Origin: an uncultured Clostridium sp.
GTDB taxonomy: Bacteria; Bacillota; Clostridia; TANB77; CAG-508
Reading direction: 5' to 3'
Assembly (NCBI GenBank): GCA_948473335.1
Contig: CAOKXF010000007.1
Span: 36,338-100,337, forward strand
DNA: 64,000 nucleotides
A program made the translations under genes and the position numbers. Positions within the stretch are counted from its first letter, which is position 1; each line of letters begins with the position of its first letter. Below, one piece after another: positions 29,008-37,118 of this stretch. The notes under the pieces were generated by a model. It was not told the origin of the DNA. It worked only from the letters and a program-made list of their open reading frames with translations, and did no database searches.

Positions 29008-30111
29008 TTAAAAGTATTGTCTTAAATCTATAATATCACAATTTCTTTCACCAGTACCAATCATTGTAACAGGTGTATTAGTTGTTTCTTCTATCTTTTT
29101 AATAAAGTCTTTAACTTTGATAGGTAATTCATCATAACTGTTACACCTATATGCTTTCCAATCTATGTACTGAGCAAAATTTAAAACAATTTTAGTTGAC
29201 TGATTTATCATCACATTATATTTTAGCCTATCCCAATTCATTTCAAAAACACGCCTTATTTTCTTTGTTACAGTTGTATACTCCTCTAAAGCAATATTAC
29301 ATCCACATCTATCTTTTACTTCATTCCAAGTAATTTCAGCACTACCTGCATAATTACCACTATAAATGTCTTCTCCAATGTTAGTTTTATTACTTATTCT
29401 AATAGGATATGGTCTTATAATCATATAAATATCTTTTACTTTAAAAGGACTTAATCCAGCATTTGCAATTAGTTGACTGCTACTGCACATTCTACTTGTA
29501 ACATTGGGATAATCAAGTCCATAGTTAATATCTAAATCTTGTCCTTGTGCTCCCTCTATTAAAATGCTATCATTACATTCGTTTAGCAATTTTGCAGTAT
29601 CTGTTATTTCAACACAATTTTTAAAATCATTTGTTAAATTTTTAAAATAATCTTTTGCTAAAATAACACTAGGATTTCTTATGATTTTTTCAGCTTGAGC
29701 TGAACCACAACCTTTAAATGTTGATTCACTCCTAATTATTCTTTTTTCTTCGTCACGATGTTTTTCTAAAATAATCATTGCTCTTGGATGAATATATATT
29801 TTTCTAGCTCCAATCAATTCTTTGTACTTTTTTATTTCCTCAAATAATATTTCTGGAGTTATAATACAACCTGCATTTAAAACTAATTTACAATTTGGAT
29901 TTAACATTGCAATAGGTAAATGACTAGCTACTATTTTTTCTCCATTATCTTCTACATAAGTATGTCCTGCATTACTAGACCAATTATTGGTAGATAAAGA
30001 AAAGTTGTCATTTTTAGATAAGTAACCACAAATTTTACCTTTTCCACAACTTCCTGCTTGACCATCTATTACTATAGTAACATTTTTATTGTTCAAAAAA
30101 ATCATCTCCAT
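29008..30111 (-). CDS. divergent adenylosuccinate-synthetase-like protein (PurA/PurZ superfamily)
   Basis: 367 aa. P-loop DGQAGSCGKGK, NAGHT, IEGAQGQDLDINYGLDYPNVTS, TTVTKKIRR and IGTGE are colinear with PurA signatures. The Asp of GDEGKGK is replaced. The gene is translationally coupled to the upstream Nudix gene. Confidence 0.7.
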   Translation of the reverse strand: MEMIFLNNKNVTIVIDGQAGSCGKGKICGYLSKNDNFSLSTNNWSSNAGHTYVEDNGEKIVASHLPIAMLNPNCKLVLNAGCIITPEILFEEIKKYKELIGARKIYIHPRAMIILEKHRDEEKRIIRSESTFKGCGSAQAEKIIRNPSVILAKDYFKNLTNDFKNCVEITDTAKLLNECNDSILIEGAQGQDLDINYGLDYPNVTSRMCSSSQLIANAGLSPFKVKDIYMIIRPYPIRISNKTNIGEDIYSGNYAGSAEITWNEVKDRCGCNIALEEYTTVTKKIRRVFEMNWDRLKYNVMINQSTKIVLNFAQYIDWKAYRCNSYDELPIKVKDFIKKIEETTNTPVTMIGTGERNCDIIDLRQYF

Positions 30112-30545
30112 TATTCATAAAATTTTTTAATATTTTCTAAATCAAAAATTTCTTTAACAAATTGATTTAAATTGGATAATCCTGCAATTTCTTGATTATA
30201 AGTGTCCATAACGAAATTAATATCTTTCCACTCATAATGTCCTTCATAATTGTCTTTAACTGCTACTTCTTGAACAAAGTCATATATAACATTTAAATTT
30301 GTATTACTATTCATTATATTTGATTCGGGATATACATATGTTACTAGAAGTTTAGGATTTTCTAAAGCAATATTTGTTTCTTCAATACATTCTCTTTTAG
30401 CAGCTTCAAGAGGAGTTTCATTTTCTTCAATTTTTCCACCAATTCCATTCCAACAATCTTTATAAGGTTTTTTGTTTCTTTTTACTAATAACAATTTATC
30501 CTTATTTTTATTAAACAACATTATTACCACATAATTTTTATTCAT
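30111..30545 (-). CDS. Nudix hydrolase
   Basis: Nudix box GKIEENETPLEAAKRECIEETNI (Gx5Ex7REUxEExGU with the last G changed to N). Its stop overlaps the downstream start (TAATG at 30111). Confidence 0.8.
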   Translation of the reverse strand: MNKNYVVIMLFNKNKDKLLLVKRNKKPYKDCWNGIGGKIEENETPLEAAKRECIEETNIALENPKLLVTYVYPESNIMNSNTNLNVIYDFVQEVAVKDNYEGHYEWKDINFVMDTYNQEIAGLSNLNQFVKEIFDLENIKKFYE

Positions 30546-30623
30546 ATCAAGACCTCCAAAAAGAACTAAAACTTATTTTTATCATAATTTTACTACATTT
30601 ATATGTTTTTTTCTATACTTCTA

Positions 30624-30652
30624 TTGAAATTTCATGATTACACATATATAAT
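30624..30652 (+). promoter_or_regulatory. sigma-A type promoter (TTGAAA-17-TATAAT) facing the JAB gene
   Basis: Hexamers at 30624-30629 and 30647-30652. The predicted transcript would include the 30702-30756 palindrome as 5' UTR. Confidence 0.5.
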
Positions 30653-30701
30653 ACTTTTAGAAAGAGAACAAGAAAGTTTGTAACTTGTAAGAATATCGCT
30701 C

Positions 30702-30756
30702 CAATTAATAAGTCATTGTATTAGAAAGAGGTCTAATATAATGGCTTATTAATTTG
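30702..30756. repeat. 55-nt near-perfect palindrome (about 24-bp arms, loop AAGAGG)
   Basis: CAATTAATAAGTCATTGTATTAGA-AAGAGG-TCTAATATAATGGCTTATTAATTTG, with 22 of 24 arm positions complementary. Confidence 0.85.
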
Positions 30757-30847
30757 TGTTCCTAACAAAAACTTGAAAACTTTATGTAAATATGATACTA
30801 TATTATTATAGAAGCTATATTGTGAATTCAAAAAGAGAAAGGGGAAC

Positions 30848-31321
30848 ATGAATATGTCCAAGTTTCAAGTTTATATTAATTCGAAGCATTTTGGATTATT
30901 AGCAGGTCTAGTACACCAATATGACCATGAACGGTTTGTTTGCTTAATGGGAAATGTGGAAAAAGTTGGTGAATTTCAAGCGATAGTTATCAAAGAAATG
31001 CAAGTTTTGGACGACGATGACTACGAAGGGTTGTATACGGCACTCTGCAGACCCAAAAAATCTGTTATTCAGCAAATGCTACAGAGAGTGGAACAGAAAA
31101 GATATTCAGTTTATATCGAATATCATACGCATCCACTAGATTTTCCACATTTTTCTGAAACAGATAAAGCAGATGAAAAGGGAATGTGGGAATATTTCCA
31201 TGAGATATTTCCCAATAAGTATTATGGAAATATGGTATTGGATATCAATGGATGTGGTCAAGCTGTTATTAGAGATTGGCATGATGGAAAATTAAAAAAG
31301 TTTGACACTATTCCATATTGA
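30848..31321 (+). CDS. JAB/MPN+ (JAMM) metalloprotease-domain protein
   Basis: Exact JAMM motif HTHPLDFPHFSETD (HxHx7Sx2D) with an upstream Glu (DHERF). RBS is agaaaggggaac ATG. Visibly higher GC than the surrounding sequence. Confidence 0.7.
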   Translation: MNMSKFQVYINSKHFGLLAGLVHQYDHERFVCLMGNVEKVGEFQAIVIKEMQVLDDDDYEGLYTALCRPKKSVIQQMLQRVEQKRYSVYIEYHTHPLDFPHFSETDKADEKGMWEYFHEIFPNKYYGNMVLDINGCGQAVIRDWHDGKLKKFDTIPY

Positions 31322-31355
31322 ACACTAGTGAAATGCCAAAGAGAGACGTAGTAAC

Positions 31356-31380
31356 TGTACTGAACCAAAAAAATTGGACA
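31356..31380 (+). mobile_element. possible IS3-family (IS150-group) terminal inverted-repeat remnant
   Basis: TGTACTGAACCAAAAAAATTGGACA resembles the IS150-type end as I recall it (TGTACTG.ACC......TTGGAC). No transposase ORF follows. Confidence 0.3.
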
Positions 31381-31407
31381 TTTTTTGATTAGGTACTAGG
31401 CAACCTG

Positions 31408-31444
31408 GGAATGAACTCTGTATTGTACAGGGCTCATTCCTTTT
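31408..31444 (+). terminator. hairpin + U-tract downstream of the JAB gene
   Basis: GGAATGAACTCTGTA-TTG-TACAGGGCTCATTCC (2 mismatches), followed by TTTT. Confidence 0.5.
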
Positions 31445-31447
31445 AAT

Positions 31448-31476
31448 TTGCAATTTTATGTAAAATATATTATAAT
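31448..31476 (+). promoter_or_regulatory. sigma-A type promoter (TTGCAA-17-TATAAT)
   Basis: Hexamers at 31448-31453 and 31471-31476, upstream of the 44-aa ORF. Confidence 0.5.
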
Positions 31477-31547
31477 AGTATCTTAAGCAAAATAATTGCG
31501 TATTGCAGTATGAGGACTTTCTATCATTTTTTAAAGGAGGCGCAAAA

Positions 31548-31682
31548 ATGAATATTAATTTTTCAGGATTTTTTGCAAGGGGCAACAAATGGAAGGATGA
31601 AAAAACTAATATTGTAAAACAGGTAGACGATATGCAATTAAAAATTGTGTCTGATACAATTAAAGTTTCATTTACTTTTTAG
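31548..31682 (+). CDS. small ORF (44 aa), hypothetical or a gene fragment
   Basis: Strong RBS (aaaggaggcgcaaaa ATG). Product is MNINFSGFFARGNKWKDEKTNIVKQVDDMQLKIVSDTIKVSFTF. Below the ORF-track cutoff. Confidence 0.3.
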   Translation: MNINFSGFFARGNKWKDEKTNIVKQVDDMQLKIVSDTIKVSFTF

Positions 31683-31724
31683 ATTTTATTAAAGATAATA
31701 ATTTCTAATAGCAAAAAATAAGTA

Positions 31725-31753
31725 TTGCAAAAAGAAAGAAAATGTGATAAAAT
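31725..31753 (+). promoter_or_regulatory. sigma-A type promoter of the rpsF-ssb-rpsR operon (TTGCAA-17-TGaTAAAAT)
   Basis: -35 at 31725-31730 and an extended -10 (TG at 31745-31746, TAAAAT at 31748-31753). The ~85-nt leader contains CCTTACTCGCTCCAAAGGCGGG, which could form the S6:S18-binding leader structure reported for rpsF operons. Confidence 0.55.
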
Positions 31754-31837
31754 AGCAATGCTTTAAAAATAAGGAAAAAAGTAAAAATCCTTACTCGCTC
31801 CAAAGGCGGGTTATAAATCCAAAGGGAGGTGAAGATA

Positions 31838-32122
31838 ATGAATAAATACGAAAGTGTTATCATTATTAGTCCAAAAGTTGATGAAGAAGGTCTAAAAACA
31901 TTAGAAACAAAATTTACAGGACTAATAAATGAAAATGGAAAAGTAGAAGAAGTAAAAAATATGGGATTAAAAAAATTAGCATATGAAATAAAGAAAAACA
32001 AAGAAGCACACTACATGTTATTTACTTTTGAAGCAGAACCAAGTTCAATAGCTGAACTAGAAAGAATATATAGAATAACAGATGAAATATTAAAATTCAT
32101 TGTAGTAAGAAAAGAAGACTAA
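31838..32122 (+). CDS. rpsF: 30S ribosomal protein S6
   Basis: ATG at 31838 follows aaagggaggtgaagata. MNKYESVIIISP...GLKKLAYEIKKNKEAHY is typical of S6. Confidence 0.9.
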   Translation: MNKYESVIIISPKVDEEGLKTLETKFTGLINENGKVEEVKNMGLKKLAYEIKKNKEAHYMLFTFEAEPSSIAELERIYRITDEILKFIVVRKED

Positions 32123-32175
32123 GACGAAAAAGAAAAGAGGCCTTAGAATAAAGTAAAAGAAAGGTATGTGAAAAA

Positions 32176-32616
32176 ATGAACAAAGTAATATTAATGGGAA
32201 GATTAACAAGGGATCCAGAAACAAGATATACACAAACAAACAACACAGTAGTATCATCATTCTCACTTGCAGTCAATAGAAGATTTGTAAGACAGGGAGA
32301 AGAAAGACAAGCAGATTTCATAAACATAGTAGCATGGAGCAAACTAGGAGAATTCTGCAGTAAGTACTTTAAAAAAGGCCAACAAGTAGGCGTTATAGGA
32401 AGATTACAAACAAGAACATGGGATGACGAAAAAGGAGTAAAACATTACATAACAGAAGTAATAGCAGAAGAAGCATATTTTGCAGACAGTAAAAGAGATG
32501 GAGAAGCATCAGCAAGTACATTTGAAAATACATTTGGAACATCATTTGCTGGAGGAGCACCAACAACAGGAGAATCTGATTTCGATGTATCTGCAAGTGA
32601 CGACCTACCATTTTAA
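32176..32616 (+). CDS. ssb: single-stranded DNA-binding protein
   Basis: MNKVILMGRLTRDPETRYT, an OB fold, a Gly/Ser-rich linker and an acidic C-terminal DDLPF tip. Confidence 0.9.
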   Translation: MNKVILMGRLTRDPETRYTQTNNTVVSSFSLAVNRRFVRQGEERQADFINIVAWSKLGEFCSKYFKKGQQVGVIGRLQTRTWDDEKGVKHYITEVIAEEAYFADSKRDGEASASTFENTFGTSFAGGAPTTGESDFDVSASDDLPF

Positions 32617-32636
32617 AATAAAGGAGGGAAAATAAC

Positions 32637-32924
32637 ATGGCAGACAAAAAACAAAACAAGAAATTTAACAAAAACAATAATAATTATGATGAAGATTATA
32701 ATCCAAAATTCAGAAAACAAAGAAAAAAGGTATGCGTATTATGCAGTGATAAAGACTTTGAATTAGATTATAAAAATATAGATCAATTAAAAAAATTTGT
32801 AAATGAAAAAGGAAAAATTTTACCAAGAAGAACAACAGGAGCATGTGCAAAACATCAAAGAGACATAACATTAGCAATAAAAAGAGCAAGACATATAGCA
32901 ATATTACCATATGCACAAGATTAA
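32637..32924 (+). CDS. rpsR: 30S ribosomal protein S18 with an Asn/Lys-rich N-terminal extension
   Basis: RKKVCVLC...[49 protein letters not shown]. Confidence 0.9.
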   Translation: MADKKQNKKFNKNNNNYDEDYNPKFRKQRKKVCVLCSDKDFELDYKNIDQLKKFVNEKGKILPRRTTGACAKHQRDITLAIKRARHIAILPYAQD

Positions 32925-32940
32925 TATATAAAAATAAAAA

Positions 32941-32963
32941 ACCGTTGAGATATCAACGGTTTT
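32941..32963 (+). terminator. rho-independent terminator of the rpsF operon
   Basis: ACCGTTGA-GATA-TCAACGGT followed by TTT. Confidence 0.7.
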
Positions 32964-33012
32964 ACTTGAATAAGTAGGTAATAACAACTTTAAAAGAGGA
33001 GAAAAAATAAGA

Positions 33013-34272
33013 ATGAACAAATTAGGAATAAAAGAAGAAATACTAGAATTAGGAAAACAAACAGAAAAAGAATTAAAATCAATATATGAAGAAATAGAAA
33101 AAATATGTGAAAAAAATAGTGAAAAAGTACTAGTAGCATTTCAGGAAACAGGATTAGCAGAAATGCATTTACATAGTTCAAATGGTTATGGAATAGATGA
33201 AGTAGGAAGAAACAAAATAGAAGAAATATATTCAAGAATATTTGAAACAGAAGATGCACTAGTAAGAGTACAGTTAACATCAGGTACACAAGCATTAGCA
33301 ATAACATTATCAGCATTATTAAGACCAGAAGAAACAATGCTAAGTATAACAGGAGCACCATATGATACTTTACAAACAGTAATAGGAATAGGGAAAGAAG
33401 TAAGTAAAAGTTCTCTAAAGTCATATAATGTAAAATATGAACAAATAGAACTAATAAATAATGAATTCGATATAGAAAAAATAAAAAATAGATTACAAAA
33501 CAAAATGGAAAAAGTAAAATTAATAGAAATACAAAGATCAAGAGGATATTCAACAAGAAAAAGTTTAACTATAAAACAAATAGAAAAAGTAATAAAAGCA
33601 ATAAGGGAAGTAGATAAAGATGTAATAATAATGGTAGATAACTGTTATGGAGAATTTGTCGAAGAAAAGGAACCAACACAAGTAGGAGCAGATATAATGG
33701 TAGGTTCTTTAATGAAAAATTTAGGAGCAGGAATAGCAACAGGTGGAGCATATATAGTTGGTAAAGAAAAACTAATAGAAATGTGTGCAGAAAGACTAAC
33801 AGCGCCAGGGATAGGAAAAGAAATAGGTCCATCTTTAAATCAAAATCCATTAATATTAAAAGGATTATTTTTTGCTCCAAGTGTTGTATCAAGTACATTA
33901 AAGACAATGATATTTGCAAGTAGAATGCTAGAAAAATTAGGATATACAGTAGAACCACAATATAATGAAAAAAGAGCAGATATAGTACAAACTATAGAAT
34001 TAAATGACGAACAAAAATTAATAAAGTTTTGTCAAGGAATACAAAGTGGTTCACCAATAGATAGTAATGTAAAACCAGAACCATCAGATATGGGAGGGTA
34101 TGAAGATAAAGTAATAATGGCTGCAGGAACGTTTACACAAGGATCAACAATAGAGCTAAGTTGTGATGGACCAATACGACCACCATATATAGCATATATG
34201 CAAGGAGGACTTACATATGAATATGGAAAATTTGGAATATTAAAAGCAATAACGTACATGGAAGAAAAATAA
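33013..34272 (+). CDS. YnbB-like PLP-dependent (Cys/Met-metabolism, 'aluminium resistance') family protein
   Basis: 419 aa. ALVRVQLTSGTQALAITLSALLRPEETMLSITGAPYDTL and MVGSLMKNLGAG (PLP Lys region). Confidence 0.65.
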   Translation: MNKLGIKEEILELGKQTEKELKSIYEEIEKICEKNSEKVLVAFQETGLAEMHLHSSNGYGIDEVGRNKIEEIYSRIFETEDALVRVQLTSGTQALAITLSALLRPEETMLSITGAPYDTLQTVIGIGKEVSKSSLKSYNVKYEQIELINNEFDIEKIKNRLQNKMEKVKLIEIQRSRGYSTRKSLTIKQIEKVIKAIREVDKDVIIMVDNCYGEFVEEKEPTQVGADIMVGSLMKNLGAGIATGGAYIVGKEKLIEMCAERLTAPGIGKEIGPSLNQNPLILKGLFFAPSVVSSTLKTMIFASRMLEKLGYTVEPQYNEKRADIVQTIELNDEQKLIKFCQGIQSGSPIDSNVKPEPSDMGGYEDKVIMAAGTFTQGSTIELSCDGPIRPPYIAYMQGGLTYEYGKFGILKAITYMEEK

Positions 34273-34314
34273 ATATCAAAATAGATAAATAAGATATTTA
34301 AATGAGGTAAAATA

Positions 34315-35211
34315 ATGATAATAAATGAATTAGAAAAATGCGAAATATGTCCACATAAATGTAAAATAAATAGAAATAAAAGTCAAATAGGAAGGTGTAA
34401 ATCAAAAGATACTGTGAAAGTAGCATTATATTCTATACATAATTTTGAAGAACCTTGTATTAGCGGAAAAAAAGGTTCAGGCACAGTATTCTTTTCAAAT
34501 TGCAATATGAATTGTTTATATTGTCAAAATTATGAAATAAGTCAGCAAGGTAGAGGAAAGGAAATAACTGTAGAAGAGTTAGCAGACATATTTATAAAGC
34601 AACAAGAAAAAGATGTAGAAAATATCAATCTAGTTACACCAACAAGTTATGCTATGCAAATAATTGAAGCTATAAAAATAGCAAGAAAAAAAGGATTAAA
34701 TATACCAATAGTATATAATACTAATGGATATGAAAGTATTGAAACAATTAAAAGATTAGATGGATATATAGATATTTATTTGCCAGATTTAAAATATTAT
34801 TATAACGAACTAGGAGAAAAATACTCAAAAGTAAAAAATTACTTTGAAATAAGTACGCAAGCAATAAAAGAAATGTATAAACAAGTTGGAAAAACAAAAT
34901 TAGACGAAGATGGGATTATGAAAAAAGGAGTTATGATAAGACATTTGGTTTTACCTAATAATATTGATAATAGTAAAAAAGTATTAAAATGGATTCAAAA
35001 AAATTTTGACGGGAATATCTTTGTAAGTGTAATGGCGCAATACTTTCCAACATATATAGCAAAAAATGTGGAAAACTTAAATAGAAAACTAACATTACAG
35101 GAATATGAAGAAATAGAAAAATGCTTATATAGTTTGGATTTAGATAATGGATATATACAAGAACTTGGAGAACATGAAGAAGAATATGTACCAAATTGGG
35201 ATTTTGAATAA
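34315..35211 (+). CDS. radical SAM protein (PflX/YjjW-like activase family)
   Basis: CNMNCLYCQN CX3CX2C cluster motif, plus an N-terminal Cys-rich CEICPHKCKINRNKSQIGRC. Confidence 0.7.
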   Translation: MIINELEKCEICPHKCKINRNKSQIGRCKSKDTVKVALYSIHNFEEPCISGKKGSGTVFFSNCNMNCLYCQNYEISQQGRGKEITVEELADIFIKQQEKDVENINLVTPTSYAMQIIEAIKIARKKGLNIPIVYNTNGYESIETIKRLDGYIDIYLPDLKYYYNELGEKYSKVKNYFEISTQAIKEMYKQVGKTKLDEDGIMKKGVMIRHLVLPNNIDNSKKVLKWIQKNFDGNIFVSVMAQYFPTYIAKNVENLNRKLTLQEYEEIEKCLYSLDLDNGYIQELGEHEEEYVPNWDFE

Positions 35212-35258
35212 TATAATAATAGCTTTTGGATAAACTAAACCTATGATAGGAGGAAAAA

Positions 35259-36257
35259 ATGTTTAGGCCAAAAGCTATTTATTATGAAAAGGATATAGAA
35301 AATTATGAATTAGGAAAGCAATTGCTTGAAAAATATAGTGAAACGCCAAAGATAATAATAGAAAATCACAATAATATAGAAGAAATGAGGAAAAAACAAA
35401 ATTCCGAATTTATGGATATGAAAAGAAATTTAATAATTGGAGTAAGAAAAACACACAAATTTGTAGAAAATCACAAAACATCAGATTATTTAGTACCATA
35501 TACATCATCAGGATGTACAGCAGCTTGTATGTACTGTTATTTAGTATGTAATTATAACAAATGTGCATATTTAAGACTATTCGTAAATAGAGAGAAAATG
35601 TTAGAAAAGATAATAAAAATAGCAGAAAAATCAGAAAAAGAATTAACATTTGAGATAGGAAGTAATAGTGATTTAGTATTAGAAAATACAATTACTAATA
35701 ATCTAGTTTGGACAATAGAGAATTTTGCAAAAACTAAAAAGGGTTATTTAACATTTCCAACGAAATTTGATATGGTGGATGACATATTAAATATAAATCA
35801 CAATGAAAAAGTAATTGTCAGGGTAAGTGTAAATCCAGAAGAGATAATAAATAAAGTAGAGTTTGGAACATCCAGGTTAAATAGAAGATGTGATGCAATA
35901 AATAAATTAGTTGAAGCGGGGTATAAAGTGGGAATACTAATAGCACCAGTAATATTAGTAGAAAATTGGAAACAATTATATAAAGAGTTAATACAAACAT
36001 TGACAGAGAAATTAACAGAAAAAGTAAAACGACAAGTGTTTTTCGAAATAATATTTATGACATATAGTTTTGTTCATACAAAAATTAATCAAGAGGCGTT
36101 TCCAAAAGCAATAGATTTATATAATAAAGAAATAATGACAGGAAGAGGAAAAGGAAAATATATGTATAGAAATGAAATAAGAAAAGAAGGAGAAGAATAT
36201 TTAATAGAAATGATGAAAAAATATTTTCCAGAAAATAAAATAATGTATATAGTGTAA
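35259..36257 (+). CDS. splB: spore photoproduct lyase
   Basis: FRPKAIYYEKDIENYELGKQLLEKY N-terminus, radical SAM motif SSGCTAACMYCYL, and a size of about 330 aa. Confidence 0.75.
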   Translation: MFRPKAIYYEKDIENYELGKQLLEKYSETPKIIIENHNNIEEMRKKQNSEFMDMKRNLIIGVRKTHKFVENHKTSDYLVPYTSSGCTAACMYCYLVCNYNKCAYLRLFVNREKMLEKIIKIAEKSEKELTFEIGSNSDLVLENTITNNLVWTIENFAKTKKGYLTFPTKFDMVDDILNINHNEKVIVRVSVNPEEIINKVEFGTSRLNRRCDAINKLVEAGYKVGILIAPVILVENWKQLYKELIQTLTEKLTEKVKRQVFFEIIFMTYSFVHTKINQEAFPKAIDLYNKEIMTGRGKGKYMYRNEIRKEGEEYLIEMMKKYFPENKIMYIV

Positions 36258-36436
36258 ATTATAAGGAAAGTCATCTTCTTCGTTTTACTATGTATAAGTT
36301 ATATGTAAGTTACTAATGCCAAATAGCTAACTTATCATAATGGGTGACTTTCCTAATAATAAAAAAAATATAAAATAGTAGTTGATATTTTTTTAAAAAT
36401 AGAGTAAAATTCAAAAAGAAACAAAAGGAGGAAATA

Positions 36437-37096
36437 ATGATAACTATAAATGATATAAAAAGTAATCCAGAAGTGCAAGCATTAGTAAAAGCAGCACAAA
36501 ATCAATTAGATGCAATTGGATATACTGAACATTCAGAAAGACATATAACTATAGTATCAAATAGATGTGCAGAAATATTAGAAAAGTTAGGATATGATGA
36601 TAGAATTGTAGAATTAGGAAAAATAGCAGGATATTTGCATGATATAGGAAATGCTGTAAACAGAATAGATCATGCACATAGTGGAGCGATTCTAGCAAAT
36701 CAAATTCTTAAAGAAATAAGGATGCCAGCAGAAGACAGAATGGAGATATTGACAGCAATAGGAAATCATGATGAAGACACAGGAACAGCAGTTAGTGATA
36801 TATCGGCAGCATTAATATTAGCAGATAAATCAGATGTCCATAGAAGTAGAGTACGAAATCAAAATATGTCTACATTTGATATACATGATAGAGTAAACTA
36901 TGCAGTTACAGATGCGGATCTAGAAGTTTATGGAGAAGAAAGAAAGATAAAAGTCAAATTGACAATAGATACAAATATATGTCCTGTTTTAGATTACTTT
37001 CAGATATTTATGGAAAGAACAATGATGAGTAAATATGCAGCAAAGTTTTTAAAAGTTTGGTTTGAGCTAATAATAAATGATACAAAATTATTATAA
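36437..37096 (+). CDS. HD-domain phosphohydrolase
   Basis: HSERH...GYLHDIGNAVNRIDHAHSGA...GNHDE metal-binding pattern. Confidence 0.75.
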   Translation: MITINDIKSNPEVQALVKAAQNQLDAIGYTEHSERHITIVSNRCAEILEKLGYDDRIVELGKIAGYLHDIGNAVNRIDHAHSGAILANQILKEIRMPAEDRMEILTAIGNHDEDTGTAVSDISAALILADKSDVHRSRVRNQNMSTFDIHDRVNYAVTDADLEVYGEERKIKVKLTIDTNICPVLDYFQIFMERTMMSKYAAKFLKVWFELIINDTKLL

Positions 37097-37118
37097 TATA
37101 GGAAGGAAGAAAAGAAAA

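Noticed and set aside
31325-31588. 87-aa minus-strand ORF downstream of the JAB gene.
   Set aside because: It has no RBS and spans the IS-like end, a terminator hairpin and a + strand promoter, and the peptide sequence looks implausible.
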